Shown here in pieces: positions 26,982-36,935 of a stretch of DNA of 53,820 nt. Source of the stretch: an uncultured Muribaculaceae bacterium (GTDB taxonomy: Bacteria; Cyanobacteriota; Vampirovibrionia; Gastranaerophilales; Gastranaerophilaceae); the NCBI GenBank assembly GCA_964470005.1, contig CAYYAG010000001.1:9832-63651 (forward strand), in the 5' to 3' direction. Position 1 is the first letter of the stretch, and each line of letters starts with the position of its first letter. Position numbers and translations under genes: made by a program. Under the pieces are notes generated by a model. That model saw nothing but the letters and a program-made list of their open reading frames with translations. It was not told the DNA's origin and ran no database searches.

Positions 26982-27780
26982 TTTGAACCCCTATATTTAC
27001 AAACTTTTCAACAGCCTTTACAAACCCGTCATTCTCGACCGTATCAGTAACATAATCGGCATATTTTTTAAGCTCATCTGTCGCATTACCCATAGCAACC
27101 TTAATCCCTCCGGATTTTAAAAGTTCAATATCGTTATTTTGATCCCCGATTGTTAAAATTTCATCCTGTTTAATCCCCCACATATCAGCTAAAAATTTAA
27201 CTCCGGAAGATTTTTTTGCATCTTTTGAGCCTATTTCACAAAAAAACGGAGTAGATTTTACTATGTACAAATCAGGAAATTTTTTACTTAATTCATCCAC
27301 CCAGCCGGTAACCTTTTCTGCATCTTTTAAGTCAATTGCCAGAAGTTTGTTAACATTTTCAATCTTTAATTTGTCAAAGGAACAAACCGTATAATCTATA
27401 AATCTGCCGTCAGTATATTCTCTTACAACCTCATTATCATGCTCAACATACAATTTGTCATCCAGATACAAATTTAAATGAACATTATTTTTTCTTGCCC
27501 AATCTATTATTTGAACAGCATAATCAGGTCTTAAATCCTTCTGGTACAATGTTTTCCCGGTTTCATCTTTTATCAAACCGCCCTGATAAGAAACTATCGG
27601 AGTATGAATTCCCAATTCTTCCGCGACAGGAACCGCAGAGCTATGCATTCTGCCTGTAACCAGAACGACTTTAATACCGTTTTCACCAAGCATTGTTATA
27701 CACTTTTTCACGCGACTGCTGAACTGAAAACTCCATTTTAATATAGTCCCGTCAATATCGGTTGCAACCATTTTAATCAT
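26974..27780 (-). CDS. Cof-type HAD-IIB family phosphatase
   Basis: ATDIDGTIL motif I, VTGR motif, and C-terminal GDQNNDIELL. Overlaps ispF by 8 nt. Confidence 0.85.
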   Translation of the reverse strand: MIKMVATDIDGTILKWSFQFSSRVKKCITMLGENGIKVVLVTGRMHSSAVPVAEELGIHTPIVSYQGGLIKDETGKTLYQKDLRPDYAVQIIDWARKNNVHLNLYLDDKLYVEHDNEVVREYTDGRFIDYTVCSFDKLKIENVNKLLAIDLKDAEKVTGWVDELSKKFPDLYIVKSTPFFCEIGSKDAKKSSGVKFLADMWGIKQDEILTIGDQNNDIELLKSGGIKVAMGNATDELKKYADYVTDTVENDGFVKAVEKFVNIGVQNV

Positions 27781-28304
27781 ATTTTAAACGCCCTCATCAG
27801 TCCGCAAATCGTTTTTGCGTCATTTATTTCACCCTTTTTAATTTTGCTGCAAATCTCATCAATTTTATATTCAAAGCACTGGATTACCTCGCCCTCATCC
27901 GGATGTTCACCGACAAAATCCAAATCCGCAGCATAATATAAATACAATTTTTCATTACAAAACCCCGGCGTTGTATTAATATAGCCTAATTCTTTCCATA
28001 TTTTTGCCCTATAGCCGGTTTCTTCCTCAAGTTCTCTTTTGGCCGCAGGGAACGGTTCCTCCCCTTTTTCAAGTTTTCCCGCCGGAAGCTCTAAAGCTGC
28101 TTGTTTAATCGGGTATCTGAATTGCTTAACCATTAAAACGGTATCCGAATTTTTTTGAGCTACAATAACAACCCCGCCAGGATGCTCTACAACTTCTCTT
28201 ACTGATTTCCTACCGGTTGAAATCTCAACATCATCCCTACGGACGTCAACTACTTTGCCCCTATATACATATTCAAAACCCAGAGTTTTTTCCTCAAAAT
28301 CCAT
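27777..28304 (-). CDS. NUDIX hydrolase (ADP-ribose pyrophosphatase-like)
   Basis: Nudix box GKLEKGEEPFPAAKRELEEETGY. Overlaps the HAD gene by 4 nt. Confidence 0.85.
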   Translation of the reverse strand: MDFEEKTLGFEYVYRGKVVDVRRDDVEISTGRKSVREVVEHPGGVVIVAQKNSDTVLMVKQFRYPIKQAALELPAGKLEKGEEPFPAAKRELEEETGYRAKIWKELGYINTTPGFCNEKLYLYYAADLDFVGEHPDEGEVIQCFEYKIDEICSKIKKGEINDAKTICGLMRAFKI

Positions 28305-28352
28305 ACTGTAATTTTAACATGAAAAACTAATTATTGGCATGTTCTTAAACTC

Positions 28353-29513
28353 TTACAATGCGCGTATAATATTTTTAATATTTTCATCAGTAATCTTTAA
28401 AAGCGCAACTGTTTTTGCAGTATCATCGAGGTTACCTAGTGATTTCAAAACTTCAGCAGTTTTTAAAATAATCGTTTGATTATTGCATTTTAATAGTTCT
28501 CGTATAGCTATCAAATCATTTGCAAAGTCTAATGCAGTATATACAAACGGACTGTCCTCTCTTAGTTCAGTATTAACTTTTGACAACAACTCTTTTTTAT
28601 CAATGTTAAATAAAAGTTTTTTAATATCATAAATTTCATTTTTGGTATTTTTATCCTCATCAAAAAGATATTCATCATTTTCAGTTAAGGTTTCAAACTT
28701 TTCCCTTGCATTCAGCAGGACAACTGCTGCGCGGCTGTCTTCGTATTTTTTTTCAATATACTCCAGAACTTCAAAAAGCTCAAAGTCAAAAACACGTGAT
28801 AGACCCAGAATTTCTCCCAAACCGTTTATAATACAATTAACAACTAACAGACCGTCTTCAAAATTTTCATCCAGAATATTAAAAATACTATCAATATAAG
28901 GAATTTCACCGGCAATATTTTCGGCTAATGAAGAATTTTTCATCGCGTTTATAATTTGGGGCAGAGCATCTTTATTCCCATATGCAGATAAAAATTTTAC
29001 TGCTTTTAGTTTTTCAAAATCATCCTCTGATGTTAATTTCTCAAACGCATCATTGTAAGAACTCTTTTCATTCATTACAGAAAGCGTTATGGCACAATTT
29101 GTACTCAGATAATCGTTTTCTGAATACGAATTTTTTTTCAAAAGCTCAACAGCAAGCGGATCCTGAATATAAGAGAAAAATTTTGCGGCATAAGTTTTTT
29201 CATCATCGGTACCATTTTCTAATAATTCAAGCATTTTATCTGTCAAATCTTCATCCGCATACTTTGCTAGAGTGGAGGCGACAAATTCCTCATACGACGG
29301 CGAATAATACTTCAAAAAAGACAACACCGTCTGCCAGTTATACTGGTTTGTAGCTTTCTCGAGTCTTTGTGCAACATTTTCTTTGACAAAATCAAACAAA
29401 AAACTATCTTTTTCAACTAATTCTGCAAAAAGTTTTTCGTCATTATTATCCATAACGTAACTTGCTGCATATTCATATTCGCGAGGATTTTTTCCTGTTA
29501 ACTGTTTAAACAT
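28353..29513 (-). CDS. hypothetical all-helical (HEAT/ARM-like) protein, 386 aa
   Basis: Repetitive helical segments (e.g. DDEKTYAAKFFSYIQDPLAVELLKK, EKLKAVKFLSAYGNKDALPQIINAMK). No catalytic motif seen. Confidence 0.55.
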   Translation of the reverse strand: MFKQLTGKNPREYEYAASYVMDNNDEKLFAELVEKDSFLFDFVKENVAQRLEKATNQYNWQTVLSFLKYYSPSYEEFVASTLAKYADEDLTDKMLELLENGTDDEKTYAAKFFSYIQDPLAVELLKKNSYSENDYLSTNCAITLSVMNEKSSYNDAFEKLTSEDDFEKLKAVKFLSAYGNKDALPQIINAMKNSSLAENIAGEIPYIDSIFNILDENFEDGLLVVNCIINGLGEILGLSRVFDFELFEVLEYIEKKYEDSRAAVVLLNAREKFETLTENDEYLFDEDKNTKNEIYDIKKLLFNIDKKELLSKVNTELREDSPFVYTALDFANDLIAIRELLKCNNQTIILKTAEVLKSLGNLDDTAKTVALLKITDENIKNIIRAL

Positions 29514-29574
29514 ATAATTCCTTTAAAGTGGACAAAAAGCTGCAATAGACTACAACTTATAAAATTAGCAGCAA

Positions 29575-30162
29575 TTAATCCAAATAAAATACCGTAATAA
29601 CTTTATGCCCTTCTTCAGCGTACTGAACAGCATTATGAAGAGTTTTACTGGTATGAGATAAAAAGCAAATCAATTGATTACAGTCATCAATAATTTCTCT
29701 GTTACAAACACGGGAGGCATCAGCCAGAGTCATCATGGCACGATCAGCGTGCTCGACAATATTCGGGACACCTATCAACTGATCCTGAACATCAGAAGGC
29801 TGTTGTCCTATTGTTTGCGGAAGAATAACTTTGAGTTTATCCGGATTAGCCTTCATGGCACCGCGAATTGCCGCAGCATTTGTCCCAGATGAGCCGCCAG
29901 AAGTAATTATTGTATTACCCTGCATAACAAGCGCCGTTGCGAGGGTTTCAATCATTTGCTGATGCGTAATCGGGAGGTTACGGCTTCCGATGATTGCAAT
30001 CCGCTTGGCTGATTGTTTAATAGTAGCAAGCTCCATTGCAAGTTCATCAACGGTATTCGGCGAGTTCGATTTGACAACATCCATATCATCATCTACGGGT
30101 ACAACAATTGAACTTTGTTTGTCTTTGTCGTCTTCTTTTGAACTCATAAAAATTTCTGCCAT
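29575..30162 (-). CDS. stand-alone DprA/Smf-like (SLOG superfamily) Rossmann-fold protein
   Basis: IAIIGSRNLP....SGGSSGTNAAAIRGAM matches the DprA core pattern AIVGSR...SGxAxGIDAAAHRGAL. It lacks the SAM and winged-helix domains of full-length DprA. ATG 30162 follows AAGGTAGGG. Confidence 0.6.
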   Translation of the reverse strand: MAEIFMSSKEDDKDKQSSIVVPVDDDMDVVKSNSPNTVDELAMELATIKQSAKRIAIIGSRNLPITHQQMIETLATALVMQGNTIITSGGSSGTNAAAIRGAMKANPDKLKVILPQTIGQQPSDVQDQLIGVPNIVEHADRAMMTLADASRVCNREIIDDCNQLICFLSHTSKTLHNAVQYAEEGHKVITVFYLD

Positions 30163-30227
30163 TTTCCCTACCTTTTGCAATTAATATTTTTTTCGATTAT
30201 GATGTATTATAGCATGAAAATCAGATT

Positions 30228-32732
30228 TTGGGAATAGGGTTGGTGGAAAATATATTAGAGAATCTTAATAAGGAACAAAAAGAAGCGGTTGAAACAGTAA
30301 GCGGCCCCCTATTAATACTTGCGGGTGCAGGATCAGGCAAGACAAAAGTTTTAACCACACGTATTGCATATTTAATTCAAAATCGTTTTGCAAGAGCACG
30401 TGACGTACTTGCAGTTACATTTACCAATAAAGCAGCAAGAGAAATGAAAGAGCGCCTTGGGAGTATCCTGGGTGAAGATGTTGTTAAATATATGTGGGTA
30501 GGCACATTTCATGGGATTTGCGGCCGGATTTTACGTGAAAATATTGAAAATTATAACTTTCAATCCGGAAAAAAACTGGACAAAAATTTTAGTATATATG
30601 ATGAAACCGATTCTATTGCCGTATTAAAGCAGGTTATTAAAAAGTTAAATGTTGATGACAAAATTTATCAACCAAAACTTGTAAAAGCCGTAATCTCAAG
30701 TGCCAAAAACAAAATGCAGGATGCATATACCTTTTCAACTTTTGCAAGAGATTTCAAATCGCAAAAAATTGCTTCCATTTTTGAAGAATATGAAAACACC
30801 TTGAACAACAATAATGCAATAGATTTTGACGATATGCTTCTGCTGACCGTAAAACTTCTGGAACAAAATGCTCAGGTAAGAGAATATTATTATAACAAAT
30901 TCAAACATATACTGGTTGACGAATATCAGGATACAAACCTTGCGCAATACAGACTTGTGAATATGCTTTACACAAACATGCACAAAGACGTACCGCCGGA
31001 ACGTTCATTATGCGTTGTTGGTGATGTTGATCAATCAATTTATAGCTGGCGAGGGGCGGATTATACAATCATTTTAAACTTTCAGCGCGATTTTAAAAAT
31101 GCAAAGTTAATTAAACTTGAACAAAATTACCGCTCGACAGCAAATATTTTGAATGTTGCAAATGCCATAATTGAAAATAATATAGAACGTGTTGAAAAAT
31201 TTTTATATTCCCAAAAAGGCGACGGAGAGCTTATAGATTACTATGAAGCTCAGGATGAAGCTGATGAAGCAAACTTTATAGTAAGCAAAATCAAACAAAA
31301 CAGTGGTGGAGATTACAATCGTTATGCAATCCTATATAGAACAAATTCACAATCCCGCGCACTGGAAGAAGCCTGTATGGCTGCCGGAATTCCTTACAAA
31401 ATATACGGCGGATTAAAATTTTACGACCGAAAAGAAATCAAAGACATAATTGCATATTTAAGGTTAATTTATAACACTGATGATTCACAAAGTTTGAAGC
31501 GAATAATTAATGTTCCTAAACGTGCAATTGGCGACGCTACAATCAAAAGCCTTCAAAAATATGCTGATGAAAAGGATTTAAGCCTGTTCCAAGCAATTTT
31601 AGAACTTGATGAGGATAGTGAAATAACAGCAAAAATTCAAAGCAAACTTAAAGATTTTGCCGCATTAATTTTAAGATTCAAAGATGCCCAAAAGAGTTAT
31701 AATCTGCGTGAATTTGTGACTCTCGTAATAGAAAAAACCGGCTATTTAGCCGATTTACAACTGCAAAACACACCGGAAGCTGACGCAGATATTGAAAATT
31801 TACAGGAATTGGTCAATGTTGCTGAAGAATTTGAGCCCGACGAACTTGACAATGCTTTAGGCGAATTTTTACAGCAGGTAGCGCTGGTATCTGACGTTGA
31901 CGGTATGGATAATATTGCAAACAATGTCACATTAATGACTTTGCATTCCGCAAAGGGTCTGGAATTTCCGGTTGTATTTCTTGTCGGTATGGATGAGGGC
32001 GTTTTTCCGCACCAAAGAACTTTTAATTCGGCTCCTGAATTAGAAGAAGAACGCCGATTGATGTATGTTGGAGTGACACGTGCTGAGGAAAAATTATACC
32101 TGATTTCAGCCAAACGCAGACAAATGTGGGGAGAATACAAATATTACAATCCTTCAAGATTTCTTGAAGAAATACCTAAAAAACTACTTGAAATGTCAAC
32201 TTTTGAAGGCAGAAGCGAAAATTCCTCTACCTTCCGCGATGCGGTTTCATACGCAAAAACAGGAGATTCCGGAAGAAATTATTCTGCCGCTCAGGCTGAC
32301 AGTTACGGCTATGTAAAGCCTACTACAGGATTTGGTAAAGGCTTTGTCGCTCCCCAAAAACGTAATCAACAAATACAGTCAAACAGAACTCCCGGCAGAA
32401 CCATTCTTGTAAAATCAAAAGCTAATAAACAACGAGATGAAGAAAAGGTTAAAGAGTTCTTCAAAGATAATGCAATAAAACGTATGCTAGATGAACGTAA
32501 TCGCAAAGAACAGGAAGAACTTTTATTTGAACAGGAAAAACGTAAACAACGTGAAAATACAACTATTGAATATGTTTTTAATGTTGGAGAAAGAGTTTTT
32601 CACGAAAAATTCGGCGTCGGACATATAACAGATGTAATAACTGTAGGCGAAAGTATAATGTACACAATAGATTTTGGCAAATTAGGTAAAAAGGCCATGG
32701 ATGCCGCTTATGCTAAGCTCAAAAAGTTTTAA
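30228..32732 (+). CDS. pcrA: ATP-dependent DNA helicase PcrA/UvrD family
   Basis: Walker A AGAGSGKT, DEYQDT, helicase motifs III-VI (TLHSAKGLEF, VGVTRA), and a C-terminal Tudor-like domain (VFHEKFGVGHI). The exact start is uncertain (TTG 30228, TTG 30240 or GTG 30243). Confidence 0.9.
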   Translation: MGIGLVENILENLNKEQKEAVETVSGPLLILAGAGSGKTKVLTTRIAYLIQNRFARARDVLAVTFTNKAAREMKERLGSILGEDVVKYMWVGTFHGICGRILRENIENYNFQSGKKLDKNFSIYDETDSIAVLKQVIKKLNVDDKIYQPKLVKAVISSAKNKMQDAYTFSTFARDFKSQKIASIFEEYENTLNNNNAIDFDDMLLLTVKLLEQNAQVREYYYNKFKHILVDEYQDTNLAQYRLVNMLYTNMHKDVPPERSLCVVGDVDQSIYSWRGADYTIILNFQRDFKNAKLIKLEQNYRSTANILNVANAIIENNIERVEKFLYSQKGDGELIDYYEAQDEADEANFIVSKIKQNSGGDYNRYAILYRTNSQSRALEEACMAAGIPYKIYGGLKFYDRKEIKDIIAYLRLIYNTDDSQSLKRIINVPKRAIGDATIKSLQKYADEKDLSLFQAILELDEDSEITAKIQSKLKDFAALILRFKDAQKSYNLREFVTLVIEKTGYLADLQLQNTPEADADIENLQELVNVAEEFEPDELDNALGEFLQQVALVSDVDGMDNIANNVTLMTLHSAKGLEFPVVFLVGMDEGVFPHQRTFNSAPELEEERRLMYVGVTRAEEKLYLISAKRRQMWGEYKYYNPSRFLEEIPKKLLEMSTFEGRSENSSTFRDAVSYAKTGDSGRNYSAAQADSYGYVKPTTGFGKGFVAPQKRNQQIQSNRTPGRTILVKSKANKQRDEEKVKEFFKDNAIKRMLDERNRKEQEELLFEQEKRKQRENTTIEYVFNVGERVFHEKFGVGHITDVITVGESIMYTIDFGKLGKKAMDAAYAKLKKF

Positions 32733-32863
32733 ATAATAAAACATTCAATAAACTTAAACAGCTATCCTTATCAATACCTTAAAAATTTATAGATTTTATT
32801 TTCAAATAACCTAATTACATTTATGCTTTCCGTCCCAACCAAGCTCATCACAACGCAAGTAAT

Positions 32864-33059
32864 CTAAATTGCCATTTTATAAGCTTGACTTAATATAGAA
32901 AAATTCTTCTTTAATGCGGTTACGATTACTCTTTCCTTATATTTTGATACCAAAGCCGGTATTGTGAGTGCTGCAACAACATTGATTATTCCCTCTTTCC
33001 TTGTAACTACAAATTCAAAAAAGTGCATGTTTTCAAATTATTTTACTAATAATCTTCAT
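32864..33059 (-). pseudogene. possible decayed pilin-like gene fragment
   Basis: Manual translation gives MKIISKII* (from 33059). One frame over it gives MHFFEFVVTRKEGIINVVAALTIPALVSKYKERVIVTALKKNFSILSQAYKMAI* (33028-32864). This resembles a prepilin leader, E5 and the N-terminal helix, interrupted by charged residues and a frameshift. No RBS. Confidence 0.3.
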
Positions 33060-33114
33060 ATAATATTGATAAAACCTTTTTGTTTTAGTAAAATAAAATA
33101 AAAAGCGGGGTTTT

Positions 33115-33825
33115 ATGTCAGAGAAAAGAATTTTAATAGTAGATGATGATGACGAAATAAGAGAACTCTTGGAATTCGACGTCAGCCAGAGCGGATATTT
33201 TGTAGACACGGCAAAAGACGGTTTGGAAGGACTTAACAAAGCGCTTAACAACACTTACGACCTAATTTTACTGGATGTTATGATGCCTAAAATGAACGGC
33301 TTTGACGTATGTAAAAATATTCGTCAGGCAAAGCTTGCTATTCCTATTTTAATGCTTACTGCCAAAGGTACCATAGACGATAAAACCGAAGGTTTTGACT
33401 GCGGTGCGGATGATTACCTTGTAAAACCTTTTGATATTCAAGAAGTACTTTTAAGAATACGTGTACTTTTACGTCGTAATAACATTGCTGAAGATAAAAA
33501 CTCCCTGTCGGACGAAATTTTAAGCGCCGGAGATATAACAATTTCCCCAGAAACTTTAGAAACCGTCATAGTTAATAAAAAAGTTAAATTAACTCCTACA
33601 GAATTTGAAATTCTTTATTGCCTTATGCAGCACTTTAACAACCCGGTCACACTTGCAACACTTCTGGATGAAGTATGGGGTTATGACAGCAATGAAGATG
33701 TAAGAATGCTAAGGGTTCATGTAGGCGGTTTAAGAACAAAAATTGAACCTGATACAAAAAATCCAAAGTATCTTCATACCGTAACAAATGTCGGATATAA
33801 ACTAACTCCTTTTGCGGAGGGTTAA
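33115..33825 (+). CDS. OmpR-family response regulator
   Basis: Canonical receiver (VDDDDE, LLDVMMP, LTAK, KPF) plus a winged-helix trans_reg_C domain. Confidence 0.95.
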   Translation: MSEKRILIVDDDDEIRELLEFDVSQSGYFVDTAKDGLEGLNKALNNTYDLILLDVMMPKMNGFDVCKNIRQAKLAIPILMLTAKGTIDDKTEGFDCGADDYLVKPFDIQEVLLRIRVLLRRNNIAEDKNSLSDEILSAGDITISPETLETVIVNKKVKLTPTEFEILYCLMQHFNNPVTLATLLDEVWGYDSNEDVRMLRVHVGGLRTKIEPDTKNPKYLHTVTNVGYKLTPFAEG

Positions 33826-33826
33826 T

Positions 33827-35518
33827 ATGGCATTCAAACGTTTTAAAATTGTTGAACAGATAGCCATAGTATTTTTCTTTTCTGTGCTTATCCCGATGAC
33901 TATAAGCGGTTTTATTATAAATAATATTAACCAGCAGTCCGTAAGATCACAGCTGAGGCAAACGGCTGTCTTAATCGCAAATATGGTTTCCGATGAAATT
34001 GATTTCTTCATAAGTCAAAACCAAATGACCTTAAGCCAGATTGCTTATACGCTTAACTATTTAGATACACCTGAACGCAAACAGGATTTTTTAGATAGTC
34101 TTGAAGAAAAAGTTCCTGGCTGTAATGAAATAATGATTGTTAAATACCAGAGCCAACTGGATGAAATTAATAAAAACAGCCGCGCCAATAAACAGGCCGT
34201 TTTATATACAAAACTAAAAAATGGCGACTACCTTATAATAACTTATGATGTCGATCGTCTGAGAGCAAAACTTTTTAAATCCCTGGATGAAGATAACCGC
34301 GAAATATATGTTTTGGATGATAACGGCAAACTCATTGCAGCACACAACTATACCGATTCAGTTTTTGAAAAAACAATGGAACTTTTACCCCGATACCGTA
34401 GATTTGATGATCCTGTTATCTTTGGTGATGTTAAAAACCAGCCGATTGTATATGTTACAAAAGAGTATCCCCGAATCACAATTATTGTAAATACCACCGA
34501 GGATGTAACTAAACGCGCAATTAATGATAACAGATTCAAAATTATACTTTCTGTACTTGCCGCAACAATTACAATTTTATCCGTATCCGCACTTTATACT
34601 TATTACCTTTATATAAATATACGTCAACTGTTCAAAGGAATTATTGCTATATCCAAGGGAAATTATAACCGTCAAATCAGACTTCTTACAACCGCATTCA
34701 CACCTCATGAGATAGTTTTTCTTGCTTTTGAATTTAATAAAATGGCAAACGCTGTTCATAAATCTTACTTACAACTGCAAAAAAACAATGTTGAGCTAAA
34801 GGAGCTAAACGAATTCAGGTCAAATCTTATTGATACAGTAAGCCACGAATTAAGAACACCTTTAACAAGTATTCAGGGATATACTTCCCGCCTGATGCGT
34901 CAGGACATAACAATTGACGAAGAAACCAAACAAAAATCTTTAAAAATAATCAAAGAACAGTCAGAGAAGCTACAACGCTTAATTGAAGATTTATTAACCA
35001 TACCGGATATTGAAAGAATGAGGCTAAAAACAGTCAATGAACCGATTAATTTGAAAGAAGTTCTGGAACGCTCAGAAATGCTTTTGCGTAAAAAAGACGG
35101 AAGAACAATAATTATAAAGATAAAAGATGATTTTCCGCTTGTATCTGCAGATAAAGGCCGGCTTGAACAGGTTTTTGTAAACCTCCTTGAAAATGCCGTA
35201 AAATATTCTTACCCTGAATCAACCATACGGGTTGAGACTGAGACATGCGACGATAAGGCAAAAATTCTTGTTAAAAATGATTGTGATGTAATACCAAAAG
35301 ATAAACTTCAACGACTTTTCGGTAAATTTATAAGACTTGACGACAATACCACAAGAACCACCCGCGGTACAGGACTGGGCTTGTTTATAGTAAAAGGCTT
35401 GATTGAAGCTATGAATGGCCGAATAGAATTGTCCTCATCAACCGGCTGCGGTTTTTGTGCAGAGGTTACTTTGAACTTAGCAGGAGCTGTTAATGTATTT
35501 CATGAAACAGGCAATTAA
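33827..35518 (+). CDS. sensor histidine kinase (2 TM, HAMP, HisKA, HATPase_c)
   Basis: H-box SHELRTPL, N-box LLENAVKY, G-box GTGLGL. GGAGG RBS before ATG 33827. Confidence 0.9.
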   Translation: MAFKRFKIVEQIAIVFFFSVLIPMTISGFIINNINQQSVRSQLRQTAVLIANMVSDEIDFFISQNQMTLSQIAYTLNYLDTPERKQDFLDSLEEKVPGCNEIMIVKYQSQLDEINKNSRANKQAVLYTKLKNGDYLIITYDVDRLRAKLFKSLDEDNREIYVLDDNGKLIAAHNYTDSVFEKTMELLPRYRRFDDPVIFGDVKNQPIVYVTKEYPRITIIVNTTEDVTKRAINDNRFKIILSVLAATITILSVSALYTYYLYINIRQLFKGIIAISKGNYNRQIRLLTTAFTPHEIVFLAFEFNKMANAVHKSYLQLQKNNVELKELNEFRSNLIDTVSHELRTPLTSIQGYTSRLMRQDITIDEETKQKSLKIIKEQSEKLQRLIEDLLTIPDIERMRLKTVNEPINLKEVLERSEMLLRKKDGRTIIIKIKDDFPLVSADKGRLEQVFVNLLENAVKYSYPESTIRVETETCDDKAKILVKNDCDVIPKDKLQRLFGKFIRLDDNTTRTTRGTGLGLFIVKGLIEAMNGRIELSSSTGCGFCAEVTLNLAGAVNVFHETGN

Positions 35519-35918
35519 AATTGCCGAAAACGTAAAAGGCGAGATTTCTATAGGGGCAGTAATTGTTAAAGATAACGAAATAATAGCTTCTGCTGCTAAC
35601 TCAAAAGAAAAAGACAACGACGTAACCTCGCATGCTGAAATCCTTGCAATACGGCAAGCCGCTAAAAAATTGCACGGATGGCGTTTAGATGACTGCGATT
35701 TATATGTTACACTTGAGCCGTGTCCGATGTGCGCCTGGGCAATAATTAACTCAAGAATAAAAAATGTCTATTTTGGCTCCTATGATATAAACTATGGAGC
35801 TTTGGGATCTAAAATTGATTTGAGAAAAATTGCTAATTCAAAACTTAAGGTTTATGGCGGAATTATGGAAAAAGAATGTGATAAAATATTAAAAAAATGT
35901 TTTAAGGATTTAAGATGA
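35493..35918 (+). CDS. tadA: tRNA-specific adenosine deaminase
   Basis: HAEILAIRQA and PCPMCAWA zinc motifs. Overlaps the HK 3' end. Confidence 0.9.
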   Translation: MYFMKQAIKIAENVKGEISIGAVIVKDNEIIASAANSKEKDNDVTSHAEILAIRQAAKKLHGWRLDDCDLYVTLEPCPMCAWAIINSRIKNVYFGSYDINYGALGSKIDLRKIANSKLKVYGGIMEKECDKILKKCFKDLR

Positions 35919-36658
35919 TTACAAAAACCGAACTTGACAAACTGGTAAATGAATACGAAACAGAAGAATTTATTAAAGATGATCCTGTAAGATTTCCAAA
36001 CAGATTTAACAATAAAAAAGACATTGAAATTGCAGGATTTATCTCCTCTTTAGTAGCTTACGGCAGACGTGATGTTTTTACAAAAAAATTAGATCATCTT
36101 TTCAATTTGGCACAAAATGAACCATACAATTTTATAATGAACTTTGAACCTGAAATCTTAGGCGATTTCAATTACCGTTTTGGCAAACCTGATGATTTTG
36201 CACAGATTTTTACTATTATGAAAGCTTTGTACTCAAAAGACGGAGGTCTGGAGGAACTATTTAAATACGGTTATCAAAATCCGCAAAATAATAATATATT
36301 TGTACCGGTAACCGATTATTTTCATTCCAGAGCAATAAATGCCGGCCAAGGTTTTTATTTCATGATTCCAGATGCCAAAAAAGGCGGAGCTATGAAAAGA
36401 ATGTGTATGTTTTTACGCTGGATGGTAAGAAAAGGACCTGTGGATTTCGGTATATGGAATTTTATGCCAGCATCTGATTTATTAATTCCTTTAGATGTTC
36501 ATGTTGCAAAAATCTCCCGCGAAATGGGGCTTCTGCTGCGCACTTCAAATGATTTTAAGGCAGTACTAGAATTAACCGGCAACTTACGTAAAATTGACTC
36601 CACAGATCCTATCAAATATGATTTTGCAATGTTCGGGTACGGAGTAAATAATAAATAA
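35915..36658 (+). CDS. DUF2400 (TIGR02757)-family protein
   Basis: The overall pattern (DPV.F....D.E..GFI.S..AYG.R, LIPLDVH) fits my recollection of this family. Overlaps tadA by 4 nt. Confidence 0.6.
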   Translation: MITKTELDKLVNEYETEEFIKDDPVRFPNRFNNKKDIEIAGFISSLVAYGRRDVFTKKLDHLFNLAQNEPYNFIMNFEPEILGDFNYRFGKPDDFAQIFTIMKALYSKDGGLEELFKYGYQNPQNNNIFVPVTDYFHSRAINAGQGFYFMIPDAKKGGAMKRMCMFLRWMVRKGPVDFGIWNFMPASDLLIPLDVHVAKISREMGLLLRTSNDFKAVLELTGNLRKIDSTDPIKYDFAMFGYGVNNK

Positions 36659-36854
36659 ACTCAAATTCCGAAAAAATAAATGCAATTTTCTTTACGCAGA
36701 GTTTTTCAAACCCATGCCCGAAAACCGCTCTATGTCTACTTAGAGAACTCGCACCCCCGATTGCGTTCTCCTTAATTCTTTTATTTGCTCTTTTCAACTT
36801 CAACATCTTTTAACAACATATTTATACTAACTATCACATATTCATATTTTTACC

Positions 36855-36884
36855 AAATAAAAAAGGCGGTGGAGGGCACCGCCT
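36855..36884 (-). terminator. rho-independent terminator downstream of the GGDEF gene
   Basis: GGCGGTG (36865-36871) pairs with CACCGCC (36877-36883). The minus strand reads hairpin then TTTTTTATTT. Confidence 0.8.
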
Positions 36885-36935
36885 ATTAACTAGATATACA
36901 CTTTCGTGTTCAGAAAGGAGTTTTTTTAAATTGTC

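Noticed and set aside
33033-33254. 73-aa minus-strand ORF overlapping the response-regulator start
   Set aside because: It is antisense to a canonical OmpR-family gene and has a serine-rich, low-complexity product. Only its last 8 codons are discussed, as part of the possible pilin remnant.
36700-36790. GC-richer patch downstream of the DUF2400 gene as a possible ncRNA
   Set aside because: It contains one modest hairpin (GAGAAC...GTTCTC) followed by a T-rich tract, so it is most simply a terminator for the upstream gene. No further structure or motif was recognised.
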